DNA of 64,000 bases from a bacterium (GTDB lineage: Bacteria > UBP6 > UBA1177). The notes beneath the pieces are model-generated. The model searched no databases and was not told the DNA's origin. It saw only the letters and a list, made by a program, of their open reading frames with translations. This document shows, in pieces, positions 8,831 through 18,499 of the stretch (position 1 is its first letter; every line of letters begins with the position of its first letter). The translations under genes were made by a program, and so were the position numbers. The stretch lies in assembly GCA_017538365.1 (NCBI GenBank), contig JAFYIZ010000026.1, positions 2,716 to 66,715 on the forward strand, given 5' to 3'.

Positions 8831-9583
8831 ATGAAAAAAATTGTCTATCTTTTTCTGATCCTTGTTTTTTCACTTCTTTCGTGCTCGAAAGAAGCTGCTC
8901 CGGAAAGTCGTAAAGCGGTGGAAAAACAACCGATTCCAGTAAAAACCGAAGCTAAAGAGGCGGTCAAAGCACTCGAAAGAAAAGAAGGAAATCCGGCTGA
9001 ACCGAAAAATGAAAAAACGCCTGACGAAAAGCTGAAAGAGGCGAACGAATCAATTTCCGACAGTTTCCGTCAGCACGGTCAAAGTTCGGTTCTGCATCCT
9101 TCTGACAAGCTTAACAAAAACGAAATGACGCACGGAAAATATGTGATCAACGAACCCGACTACGAAATGCCGCCGCGTCCGATCGAATTCAAAAGCCTTA
9201 AAAAAGTCTATACCTATTTCAGATTGAAGGAAAAACTGCCTGAACCGGTAGTTGAATCGCTCAACGGCTCACTAGTGACGATGGTCGGCGCAGTCATGCC
9301 GTTTGAAAAAATCCCTGAAGACGGCAAATTTTCGACTTTCTGGCTTTCAAACCCCGCAATCGTTATGAAAGGATGCGTTTTCTGCAACCCGCCGACGATG
9401 GGCGATATTGTCTACGCCTACAAAGACGCAGGTGAAAAGCCGTTTGAATTCGAGCGCGAAAAACTTTTCAAGCAGGTGCTTCTGGTACAGGTCACGGGAC
9501 GTTTTTTCTTCGGTCCCGACACGATAAACGGGCAGACTTTCCTCAACAGCATACTCGTCAAAAAAATAGAAGTTTTAAATTAA
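8831..9583 (+). CDS. DUF3299-like lipoprotein
   Basis: Lipobox signal MKKIVYLFLILVFSLLSC. The C-terminal LNGSLVTMVGAVMPFE...FWLSNPAIVMKGCVFCNPPTMGDIVYAY resembles the DUF3299 pattern (G.V.P.E...F.L....C..C.PP...IV) as recalled. Confidence 0.65.
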   Translation: MKKIVYLFLILVFSLLSCSKEAAPESRKAVEKQPIPVKTEAKEAVKALERKEGNPAEPKNEKTPDEKLKEANESISDSFRQHGQSSVLHPSDKLNKNEMTHGKYVINEPDYEMPPRPIEFKSLKKVYTYFRLKEKLPEPVVESLNGSLVTMVGAVMPFEKIPEDGKFSTFWLSNPAIVMKGCVFCNPPTMGDIVYAYKDAGEKPFEFEREKLFKQVLLVQVTGRFFFGPDTINGQTFLNSILVKKIEVLN

Positions 9584-9622
9584 CCATTTGATTTTATTAG
9601 ACAAAAAAGTTTAAGAGGCACT

Positions 9623-10303
9623 ATGGCGTCATTCAAAGGAATCTCTATAAAAAATCTTACCAAGTCGTTCAAAAACGCGGACGGCGGGAAAAATACGATT
9701 TTTGAAAACGTCACTTTCGAACTCAATTCCGGAGCAATTCTCAGACTTTCAGGAGCGAGCGGAAGCGGCAAAACAACATTCATGAACGTCATGTCAGGCC
9801 TGATAAAGCCCGATTCAGGCTCGGTTTTCTTCGGAAACACCGATATTACAAGTCTCAGTGAAGGGGAAAAAGACCGGTTCCGCGCAGAAAATATCGGCTA
9901 CATTTTCCAGACTTTCAACCTGCTCTCCCCTTTTTCGGTCATTGAAAACGTCTATGCGCCGCTTGCTTTTGCAGGCAAACTTCCCGCAAATTATAAAGAT
10001 AAAGCGCTGGATTCATTGGACAAAGTCGGAATGAAAGATTTCGCGGCAAAAAAGCCGTACCACCTTTCCGTCGGACAGAAACAGCGCGTTGCTGCGGCAA
10101 GAGTTCTTTTTGCGGATCCGCCTCTGGTATTCGCCGACGAACCGACCGCAAGCCTCGACAGAAACTCGTCGGAACTTGTCAAAAACACGCTGCTTGAGCT
10201 CAACAAAAAGGGAACGACACTCGTCCTGACTTCACATGACACGATTTTCGACGACATAAAACCTGACATTGATTTCAATCTGGAAACGGGGGTTCTGTCA
10301 TGA
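9623..10303 (+). CDS. ABC transporter ATP-binding protein (MacB/LolD-like)
   Basis: Walker A GASGSGKTT, signature LSVGQKQR, Walker B LVFADEPTASLD. Overlaps the downstream permease gene by 4 nt. Confidence 0.9.
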   Translation: MASFKGISIKNLTKSFKNADGGKNTIFENVTFELNSGAILRLSGASGSGKTTFMNVMSGLIKPDSGSVFFGNTDITSLSEGEKDRFRAENIGYIFQTFNLLSPFSVIENVYAPLAFAGKLPANYKDKALDSLDKVGMKDFAAKKPYHLSVGQKQRVAAARVLFADPPLVFADEPTASLDRNSSELVKNTLLELNKKGTTLVLTSHDTIFDDIKPDIDFNLETGVLS

Positions 10304-11562
10304 AATATACGTTCATTCTAAAAGCAGTTTTTCACAGCATAAGTCACCGCAAACTCTCGGTTTTTACAAGCATTTTCGCAATTTCAGCGGCGTTTGCATT
10401 CCTTGCCGCGATAGGCTGCGTTTCGTTCGGGTTAGCGGCGACGGCGGTGAACTCTTCTCTTGCCTTTCCGCTCATCGTAGGCCCTGCCGGGGCAAGCGAC
10501 ACAACGCTTGTGATGTCGACTCTTTTCAATACCGACAAGCCGGCTGGAACGCTTGACTACGAAGTTGCCGAAAAATTGGCTGGTGACGAAAGAGTCTCGG
10601 CAGTTTTTCCGATCGCGCGTTCCGACAGCTACATGGGGATCCCGATAACAGGCGTTGAAAGCAGCTATATCAATGAGATCGCAAGAGGATTTTCAGAGAT
10701 CGACAATGACATTGAATCTCACGATATTTTAGGTGAAAACGGTAAAAAGTGCGCGGTTGTAGGCGCCAAAACCGCAGCAAGATACGAAATGAAAGTCGGC
10801 GACACTTTCTTCGGAAGCCACGGAAGCGTCGGAGACGAAGATGCCCACATGCACGACTTCGAATATAAGGTCTGCGCCGTAATGAAAGCGGTGAACGGCC
10901 CCGAAGATTTTGCGATTTTCACAAATCTGAGAAGCGTCTGGGAAATCCATGAACACGGGCATCATCACCACCACGAAGAAGCGGAAGACAAAGAGCATGA
11001 GCACGAACACGCTTCGGAAGGAAAGATCACGGCAGTGCTTGTGAAGACAAAAAATCCCGTTTTTACGGCGGCTCTCGAGCGGGAATACTCCGAAAACGGG
11101 TTTACCAGCGCGACCGACACCGGAAGGACTGTGCGGAAACTCCTGACTTACATGAACAAGGCGGAAAAAGCGGCGGGATTTTTCAGTTACGGAACACTTT
11201 TTTTAGTCATGGTCATGGTTTTCGTAACGATAATGACTTCAATAAACGAAAGAAAACGCGAAATGGCTCTCATGCGAACTTTGGGAATAGGAAAACTGCC
11301 GATTTCATTAATGATTTTTCTTGAGCTTTTCTTTATTTCGGTGTTTGGAATCGCTTTAGGAACTCTCGGAGGACACGCGGTTCTGGCTATTTTCAAACCA
11401 GTTATCGACTTCGAACTCGGAATAAATCTGGAACCTTTCTTTTTCACGGAAATCGAATTCCGCGGAACAGTTTACACGCTTATCGCCGGTGTCGTACTTT
11501 CACTTGCGGCTATGCTAAAAATTTACAGAATGAATCTCGTTGAAGAAATTGCAAAAGATTAA
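10300..11562 (+). CDS. ABC transporter permease, FtsX/MacB type, with His-rich extracytoplasmic loop
   Basis: N-terminal TM segment, a large loop, and a C-terminal FtsX-like TM bundle (MRTLGIGKLPISLMIFLELFFISVFGIALG). His-rich run HEHGHHHHHEEAEDKEHEHEH is encoded at 10948-11010. Confidence 0.85.
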   Translation: MKYTFILKAVFHSISHRKLSVFTSIFAISAAFAFLAAIGCVSFGLAATAVNSSLAFPLIVGPAGASDTTLVMSTLFNTDKPAGTLDYEVAEKLAGDERVSAVFPIARSDSYMGIPITGVESSYINEIARGFSEIDNDIESHDILGENGKKCAVVGAKTAARYEMKVGDTFFGSHGSVGDEDAHMHDFEYKVCAVMKAVNGPEDFAIFTNLRSVWEIHEHGHHHHHEEAEDKEHEHEHASEGKITAVLVKTKNPVFTAALEREYSENGFTSATDTGRTVRKLLTYMNKAEKAAGFFSYGTLFLVMVMVFVTIMTSINERKREMALMRTLGIGKLPISLMIFLELFFISVFGIALGTLGGHAVLAIFKPVIDFELGINLEPFFFTEIEFRGTVYTLIAGVVLSLAAMLKIYRMNLVEEIAKD

Positions 11563-11657
11563 AAAAATATTGACGGATAACTTATTGACATAACTAAAAA
11601 AAAAAGTTCGGGACACTATTTGCTATAAAAAGGTTCGGGATTTTTGCTCATTTTCAT

Positions 11658-11686
11658 TTGACTTTGATTTATGTTTCAACTATTTT
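11658..11686 (+). promoter_or_regulatory. sigma70-like promoter candidate for the OMP/metalloprotease genes
   Basis: TTGACT (11658-11663), a 17-nt spacer, then TATTTT (11681-11686). AGGAGG lies at 11725-11730 ahead of the TTG 11736 / GTG 11742 starts. Confidence 0.45.
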
Positions 11687-11735
11687 AGCGCGTTTTTTTG
11701 GAAATGGAAACTTGCTCATATTAAAGGAGGAGAGA

Positions 11736-12986
11736 TTGAAAGTGTTTAGGTTTTACTTTCTCGCTCTGCTGTTAATCTGTGCGTTGCCGGTTTTTGCACA
11801 GGAAGCTCCTGCTTCGGAAGGCACACCGGAACAAAGCGAAGCTGCGGCTCCTGAACAACAGGAAGCACCGGCTGAAGCTGCACAGCAGGATGAAGCGGCA
11901 GCAGCCGAGCAACCGGCAGAAGCAGCTCCGGCAGAAGAGCCTGCACCTGCAAAAGAAGAGACTGAGCCTGCAAAAGAGGAAGCTCCTGCGAAGGAAGAAG
12001 CTCCCGCTGAAGAAGAACAGTCCGATCTCGAAGCGGAACTTGCAGCTCAGGCTAACGACACCGAGGCAGCTCCAGATGCCGCTGCCGAAAAGCCGGCACA
12101 GCCGACACTCACTATCGGCATCAACAACGGCTTGTCACACGGTTTTGCAAAAGAAAGAAAGAGTTTCGGCTACACTCTTAATGTTTACGTAGCCTATCAG
12201 CTTCCGATGGAATTCTCGCTTGCTGTGGATCTCGGTTTCAGAGAATCTTACCGCTACGGAATGAGTGTCGCTTATTCAAACGAAGACGGTTCGGAATCGA
12301 CAGACGATGTAAACTACTCGAAATTCGACGGAACTCCGCTCAACATCGGTCTTTCGAAAGGCTTTGAACTCGCCGGTCTCATGGGTTCGATCGGAGTAGG
12401 CGTTTCGCTTCCTTTCACCTCTAAGGAACTTTGGGACGTTTACGGAATCAGAACCATCCTCGGCGTTGATTTCGGACTTGCAAAGAATTTCAAGCTTCCG
12501 AAAGACGTCGTTCTCGGGCTTTCGTTCGGTTTCAACTATGCGAAAACATTTGCGGAATACGATGCAGCTTGGGATAAATACTCAAACGAGCCGCTCGGTT
12601 ATCTCCAGAACCACGACATAGGTCTTACCCTCGGTCTCGGAATCAACTACAAAGGTTTCGGTTTGAAAGTTTCCGGCGGATACAGCTTCGGTTCAGATTT
12701 CAAACTCAACACGAAGGATTACTACTATGACGGATTCCAGGGTTCGATCGAAGATTCCGAATGGTATTACCTTTTCTCGTTCGGCGCAACGGCATCTTAT
12801 GCGTACAAAGGCTTTGTCTTCGCTCTCGGCGTAAGAACGAACGCACCCGAATTCGACAACGGCAATTACGAAGGATACAACGAACTTCCCGGCGATCCTG
12901 ACGTAAAGAACGGCGCTACGAACTACCCGTTCAAGGCTAAATATACGACAGTTTTTGCTAACATTGGCTATTCATACAGTTTTTAA
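11736..12986 (+). CDS. outer-membrane beta-barrel-type protein with Ala/Glu/Pro-rich N-terminal region
   Basis: Signal peptide FRFYFLALLLICALPVFAQE follows the AGGAGG-proximal TTG/GTG start. Low-complexity (EEAPAKEE)n region. Alternating-hydrophobic strands and a C-terminal ...GYSYSF ending in Phe, typical of OMP barrels. Confidence 0.7.
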   Translation: MKVFRFYFLALLLICALPVFAQEAPASEGTPEQSEAAAPEQQEAPAEAAQQDEAAAAEQPAEAAPAEEPAPAKEETEPAKEEAPAKEEAPAEEEQSDLEAELAAQANDTEAAPDAAAEKPAQPTLTIGINNGLSHGFAKERKSFGYTLNVYVAYQLPMEFSLAVDLGFRESYRYGMSVAYSNEDGSESTDDVNYSKFDGTPLNIGLSKGFELAGLMGSIGVGVSLPFTSKELWDVYGIRTILGVDFGLAKNFKLPKDVVLGLSFGFNYAKTFAEYDAAWDKYSNEPLGYLQNHDIGLTLGLGINYKGFGLKVSGGYSFGSDFKLNTKDYYYDGFQGSIEDSEWYYLFSFGATASYAYKGFVFALGVRTNAPEFDNGNYEGYNELPGDPDVKNGATNYPFKAKYTTVFANIGYSYSF

Positions 12987-12999
12987 TTAGGAGGTTATT

Positions 13000-15900
13000 A
13001 TGAATTTGACCAAAAAAGCATTGTCGCTGCTTATTGCTCTCATTGCTGTAATGATGGCGGTATCATGCACCACTGAAAGAAGTGCAGTCGACAAAACAGA
13101 CGAACTTGCTCTCGACAAAAGGTTGTTCGAAGGCGAGTTCTTTTTCCGTCAGACCATCGTTGATCTGCCTTACACTGCGGACTACGCATTCATAGGCGAA
13201 TCAAGCGGCGGTAAAGTTATCAAATGGAAAATCACGGAGAATTGGCTCATTGCTTACAGCATTTGGGACAAACTCACCGCTGTTGACACCAACGAAATCG
13301 TTGACGTCAACGAAACCCCGATCGTTGCTTACCCGATCGCAGCTCACTACGACATCGTTCCGAGTGAGAACCCGACGACCGGTGAAGCACTTCCCGTTCT
13401 TGTTGCAAACACCGACAGACCGTGGAACGAGAGACGTTACTTCTCTCTCGCTACCAACTCAAGAAGCGGTGTAACCAACTACGAACTTCAGTACCTCACC
13501 CTTACAATCGAATGGGGCGCACCTTTCTACAAAGCAGGGCTTACGACCGCTACCGACTGGGAATTCTACGCTCACGACGGTACATTCATCGTTCCTAAGA
13601 AGTATCGTGACTACACTGCAATCGCAGACGATGCTGAAAGATACAACAAGGAAGTTGAATGGTTCCAGTTCTTCTCGACAGAATACTTCGAGCCGATCGG
13701 AGATTGGAGCACGATTTACAACTGGGACGATATCGATGAATTCATCGGCAACGAACCGGCTGCAGTTACCTATCGTTTCGTATTCTCGAAGATCAACAGA
13801 GACGTTGTCGGTAAGAGAGACTACGACATCGCATCCAAGACCTTCAAATGGACTCCCGGTGCAAAAGACAACGGTTTCAGACCGCTTGAATATCCGGATG
13901 AAATGTTCCGTGAATACGGTTTCTTCACCAACAAATTCAAAGGTTACGACAACTATCACGGATACCGTGAAGACAACTTCCACACCCTTGCAAACTACTG
14001 GAATATGGCTTGGGCAAACGACAAGAAAGAATGGAACTTCAAATGCGGTGAAGGCGAAGATTACAACACCTGCTTGAAGAAAATCAAATACCAGCAGAAG
14101 ATCGTTTTCACCTCTTCTCCGAAGACTCCTCTCCGTATGCTTCCTGCAAACTGTGCAATCACGAAAGATTACAACTACGCTATGCTCGGCGCAAGATTTG
14201 CAGCTATGAATCCGGGAAGCGATACTCGTGAATTCGACAAATGGTATTTCGAAAACTACAAAAACGACTTCTTCAAAGAAGTTAAAAATGCTGACGGCAA
14301 AACCGTTAAAGTAAGAGACCTTGAATGGTACACTTCAGACCTCAACAATCCGAACAACCCGCACAAAAACTGGAGAGAAAAATGCTTCGTTCCTGACAGA
14401 CAGGCATGGATCCAGAAATGGGACGGTGATTTCATCGATGAAAACACTGACGACGCTGCAAAGATGGCTGAGCTTCTCGATCAGTACAAAAACGATGTCG
14501 TCGTTATGGTTGAGAACCCTGTAGAATCCTATGTTCCGGCTAGAGACGGCAAAGCTCTCTACGGTTTCGGAAATTACTACAACCTTTCTTCCGACAGCCG
14601 TGAAAACGCTGTAAAAATCTGCGTAAAGAAAGACGAAGCAGACCTTTACGATGAAGAAAAAGTTATGCACTTCACGACCTGCTACACCAACGATCAGAAA
14701 ATGTCTGAACTCTATGTAAACGATTTCGGTTATCCGGAATGGAGAGGCGACCGTTGGGATTGCCAGATTTTCGCTGAAGACGAAGATTGCCCGAAAAAAG
14801 ATGCTGCTGGCAACGACGCTGAATATGTTGCTGTAAAAGCTGCATGTGTTCTCAACGAAGAGAGAGCTTGTGAAGTTGAAGACGGACTTCCCGTTCTTCG
14901 TCACAAATATGACAACGGTAACCCGTACGCAGCTCTTATCAACTGGGTCGACAAACCGACAGAATACGGTATTCTCGGTGTTTCTCAGTGGAACGTAAAC
15001 CCGGAAACCGGTATGAGCCTGGGCGGCGGTTCGAACATCGCAGGATCTGTTCTTGCATGGGCTAACACCAGAGCAATCGAACTTGCAAGAGTCCTCATTT
15101 CCGACGATGATCCCGCAGCATGGGATTGGAAAGAACTCATCAACCCCGATTACGCAAATACTCCGGAAGTTATCTGGGACAAAAAGGCTAAAGCATCGAC
15201 AAAGGGTCTTGCTTCCAACAATTCAAACAAACCCTACGGCGCAGGCAACCTTATGACCATGGTCAAATCTTCTTCCTACGGTAAGACAGCGGAAGAAAGG
15301 ATTAAAGATATCAACCTTGAGCAGGAACTCAAAACCAGAAACTACGGCAGATTCGATTTCTCATCTCTGGTAGGAAATCCGAAATGGGAAACCAAAATGG
15401 TTCCTTACTCAATCAAAAAGAACCTCTTCCCGTGGATGAATCCGTCTGACAATCCGGATTACACCGATGAGCAGAAAGAGATTATGAGACCTTGGTTCGT
15501 TGGTCCGGCTGCTATGGAAGCTGAAATGACCAAATATATCCAGGCAAAAGCTCTTGACTTCGATTTCGATGAATCCTTCATGGATGGTTCCATTATCCAG
15601 TTCATAAAGGAAAAACAGGCACAACTCCGCAAGGAAATGCCGAACTGGAACGACAACAGCTCCACAAGAAAAGAATACGAAGATGCACTTATCTACGCTA
15701 TCTACGATCCGTTGGAAAAGATGCAGTACAAAGGTGTTGCTGAGCACGAAATGGGTCACACCATGGGTCTCAGACACAACTTCGCAGGTTCGACAGACCA
15801 GAAGAACTATGTCGACAACTACTATGCTAGCAACAACTATCCGGCTATGATGGACGGAATCAAACAGATGCTTCTCGATGAGCAGGAAACAAAAGGTGAA

Positions 15901-18384
15901 AACTACAATCCTGCAACATTCGGTATCAAGGCTTACAGATACAAAAAAGCATTTGAAACTGACATCAACTACTACACCTACACTTCTGTAATGGACTACC
16001 AGAGAGAAGTTTACATCCACGCAGTAGGTCTTGGAAAATACGACCTTGCAGCACTCAAGTTCGTTTACGGACGTACTTTTGAGAAAATTAAAGTTGCCGA
16101 TGATGCAGAATTCGGTTTAATTGTCCGCCAGGGCGATGAAAACGACACATACAACGGCACGAAACTTCATCCGCTCAGAGATGCTGCTTATCCGGATTAC
16201 GTAAGAACCAACGAAGAATACCTCGACAAAAACGGCAAACTTAAGACCGTCAAATTCCCGTCGAAAATTTATGTTACCTACAACAAAGGTAAAAAGATCG
16301 AAACTTTGGCTCCGAACGCAAAACTTGACCTCTTGGCAGCTCTTAAAACAAAGACCTACGAAGACGGTCTTTCCGGATATGAATATGACTACGACTGCGA
16401 GTCTTCAGATCCTCAGTGCACGAAGAACATTACCTATCTCGTCAACGACGGCAGACACTACGAATACACTTTCATTTCCGATGAAAAATCTTCAGACGAT
16501 CCGAAAGCCAACACGTTCGATGCCGGCTACATGGCTTCCGATGTAATCAGAAGCATGGTTGACATGGATAACGCTTACTACTTCCTGAGATTCTTCAGAA
16601 GAGGTAACCCGAAGTTCAGAGAATTCCGCGGCAGAACATCGATGAAGATGATCTACGACACACTTTTCGGCAAATACAAATACATCCACTTCCTTCTTGA
16701 TTTCAACTTCTATGCTTACGGAAAATGGATGCCCTATCTTGTAAAACTTTACTATGGAACTCCGTGCCAGGCTCAGTTCGAAATGCCGGGAACCGACGTT
16801 GATGAAGACGGAACACCGATGTTCTCAAGAAAATCTGTTGACAACTACATCTGTGAAGAATACCACAGAGCTCTCAGAGGTGAGGAATACTGGATTGATG
16901 AAAATACCGGCGAACTCAGAACCCTCACTCCGATGGGACCTGCTGACCACGTAATCGCAGGTATGGAAGGTGTCAACTACTTCTACTACAACATTCTTTA
17001 CAGACCTGCTGTAGGCAAATACATCCTTGTTGACGGCAAAGACACCGATCCTGATATTGAAGACAAACTTGAAGGCAGCCAGACCGGTTACTATCAGTCG
17101 ACAGAAAACTACATCGAAGGTTATGAAGATCTTGTCGGCGGCGCAATTGAAGTATCACCTGTCTATGGCCGTTTCCAGAAAGACCGCTGGGATATTCAGG
17201 ACAACGAGAACATTTACTACGACAAAGTCTTGAGAAGAGGCTATGCTGAAGAAAAAATGGTTGCTATTTTTGCAATCGGCAACACAGGATGGTTCGATGC
17301 GAAGTACAGAAGAGAAAGCCGTGCAAACAGCATCGACCAGCAGTTCGAAGGTCTTGAGAATGTTAAATTCACAATGCTTTCCGATATTGTTGACGAAGAA
17401 GCGCTGTTCTCATTCTCACCGTACTGCTACTCTACAAAAACAAAAGAGATTGTAAAAGTTGATGCTCCTATCAACCTTCTTACAAACTGGGCTGTAAATC
17501 CGCCGTTCCCCGGTTGCCAGACCGATAAAGACGGTAACTACATCATGGTAGATGTTACTACATCTTCAGGAGCAAAAACACAGGATTGTCTTGAAGAAGA
17601 CTACACCTATGCTCCCAAGAAAAACCTCTGCTCACAGCTTGGCGAAGGCTACACTCCTGTTCACGCAGGCTGGACTTACTTCGACAAGATGTGGCCGATG
17701 TACTGGACAATGGGCAACGTTGCAAACATTTCCGCTGATACATCAGTTCTCCAGAGATTCGTATCTTACAGAATCAACGCTTACGATATCGGCAACTATC
17801 CGGAACCCGACGTAAACGAAGTTCAGTTCCTCAACAAGGACGGAAACGCTTACTACAGAGCTGTTCTTGCTATGTCGGTTCTCGATATTCAGGATCAGTT
17901 CGGTCTTACGAAATGGAAAGACTGCAAAGCTACAGGCGACACTGACGAAAACTGCATGAAAGAAGTTGCTTTCACGGCAGACGGTGCAAATGCAGCCAAT
18001 AAAGAACTCGGCGTTATGTGGATCCAGCCGACAGACGACAAAGGAAAACCTGTAGGCGAGGAAAAATGCGTTCTTATTGACGACGAAGAAACAGAGTCTG
18101 ACGAATGTATCAAAGCAGGCGCAGAACGTTTCCCTGCAGCTTCCGGCAAAGACGAACCCAAAGAACAGTTCAGACAGTATCTTGCAGACAAATACTCGAG
18201 ACTTTCTCCGTCGTTCAGACTTGTTAAGAGCGCAGGTATTCTTAAACAGAACGAAAGCGATTCTATAGAGGAAGGCGCTGAAGGTTGGTCAAGACTGGTC
18301 ATCATGGAAACAACGATTGATCAGCTCAACTCTTTCGCAGCTGACAACCTCGGCACTGCAACATTCTATGTTTCGCATTACTAG
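13000..18384 (+). CDS. very large (1794 aa) zinc metalloprotease lipoprotein, met-zincin (DUF4953/DUF5117-like)
   Basis: Lipobox LIAVMMAVSC. Zinc motif AEHEMGHTMGLRHNFAGS (HExxHxxGxxH). Begins 14 nt after the OMP gene. Confidence 0.85.
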   Translation: MNLTKKALSLLIALIAVMMAVSCTTERSAVDKTDELALDKRLFEGEFFFRQTIVDLPYTADYAFIGESSGGKVIKWKITENWLIAYSIWDKLTAVDTNEIVDVNETPIVAYPIAAHYDIVPSENPTTGEALPVLVANTDRPWNERRYFSLATNSRSGVTNYELQYLTLTIEWGAPFYKAGLTTATDWEFYAHDGTFIVPKKYRDYTAIADDAERYNKEVEWFQFFSTEYFEPIGDWSTIYNWDDIDEFIGNEPAAVTYRFVFSKINRDVVGKRDYDIASKTFKWTPGAKDNGFRPLEYPDEMFREYGFFTNKFKGYDNYHGYREDNFHTLANYWNMAWANDKKEWNFKCGEGEDYNTCLKKIKYQQKIVFTSSPKTPLRMLPANCAITKDYNYAMLGARFAAMNPGSDTREFDKWYFENYKNDFFKEVKNADGKTVKVRDLEWYTSDLNNPNNPHKNWREKCFVPDRQAWIQKWDGDFIDENTDDAAKMAELLDQYKNDVVVMVENPVESYVPARDGKALYGFGNYYNLSSDSRENAVKICVKKDEADLYDEEKVMHFTTCYTNDQKMSELYVNDFGYPEWRGDRWDCQIFAEDEDCPKKDAAGNDAEYVAVKAACVLNEERACEVEDGLPVLRHKYDNGNPYAALINWVDKPTEYGILGVSQWNVNPETGMSLGGGSNIAGSVLAWANTRAIELARVLISDDDPAAWDWKELINPDYANTPEVIWDKKAKASTKGLASNNSNKPYGAGNLMTMVKSSSYGKTAEERIKDINLEQELKTRNYGRFDFSSLVGNPKWETKMVPYSIKKNLFPWMNPSDNPDYTDEQKEIMRPWFVGPAAMEAEMTKYIQAKALDFDFDESFMDGSIIQFIKEKQAQLRKEMPNWNDNSSTRKEYEDALIYAIYDPLEKMQYKGVAEHEMGHTMGLRHNFAGSTDQKNYVDNYYASNNYPAMMDGIKQMLLDEQETKGENYNPATFGIKAYRYKKAFETDINYYTYTSVMDYQREVYIHAVGLGKYDLAALKFVYGRTFEKIKVADDAEFGLIVRQGDENDTYNGTKLHPLRDAAYPDYVRTNEEYLDKNGKLKTVKFPSKIYVTYNKGKKIETLAPNAKLDLLAALKTKTYEDGLSGYEYDYDCESSDPQCTKNITYLVNDGRHYEYTFISDEKSSDDPKANTFDAGYMASDVIRSMVDMDNAYYFLRFFRRGNPKFREFRGRTSMKMIYDTLFGKYKYIHFLLDFNFYAYGKWMPYLVKLYYGTPCQAQFEMPGTDVDEDGTPMFSRKSVDNYICEEYHRALRGEEYWIDENTGELRTLTPMGPADHVIAGMEGVNYFYYNILYRPAVGKYILVDGKDTDPDIEDKLEGSQTGYYQSTENYIEGYEDLVGGAIEVSPVYGRFQKDRWDIQDNENIYYDKVLRRGYAEEKMVAIFAIGNTGWFDAKYRRESRANSIDQQFEGLENVKFTMLSDIVDEEALFSFSPYCYSTKTKEIVKVDAPINLLTNWAVNPPFPGCQTDKDGNYIMVDVTTSSGAKTQDCLEEDYTYAPKKNLCSQLGEGYTPVHAGWTYFDKMWPMYWTMGNVANISADTSVLQRFVSYRINAYDIGNYPEPDVNEVQFLNKDGNAYYRAVLAMSVLDIQDQFGLTKWKDCKATGDTDENCMKEVAFTADGANAANKELGVMWIQPTDDKGKPVGEEKCVLIDDEETESDECIKAGAERFPAASGKDEPKEQFRQYLADKYSRLSPSFRLVKSAGILKQNESDSIEEGAEGWSRLVIMETTIDQLNSFAADNLGTATFYVSHY

Positions 18385-18409
18385 ACCCATCTGAAACGGG
18401 TTTTATCAG

Positions 18410-18435
18410 GGGAGCTACGGCTCCCCTTTTTTTTG
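18410..18435 (+). terminator. rho-independent terminator
   Basis: GGGGAGC-tacg-GCTCCCC hairpin followed by T8, 26 nt after the metalloprotease stop. Confidence 0.8.
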
Positions 18436-18455
18436 CTTTTCAATTAAACGTCTAA

Positions 18456-18484
18456 TTGACAAAACAGACGTGCTAACGTAATAT
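18456..18484 (+). promoter_or_regulatory. sigma70-like promoter candidate for the 18.5-26.9 kb operon
   Basis: TTGACA (18456-18461), a 17-nt spacer, then TAATAT (18479-18484). Confidence 0.6.
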
Positions 18485-18499
18485 GCCGCGTTTTAATGA

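Noticed and set aside
11779-12192. Alternative-frame ORFs (11779-12192 +, 11746-11973 -) in the OMP low-complexity region
   Set aside because: They are produced by the GC-rich GAAGC/GCAGC repeat DNA encoding the A/E/P-rich stalk. Only the OMP frame continues into a signal peptide upstream and a beta-barrel downstream.
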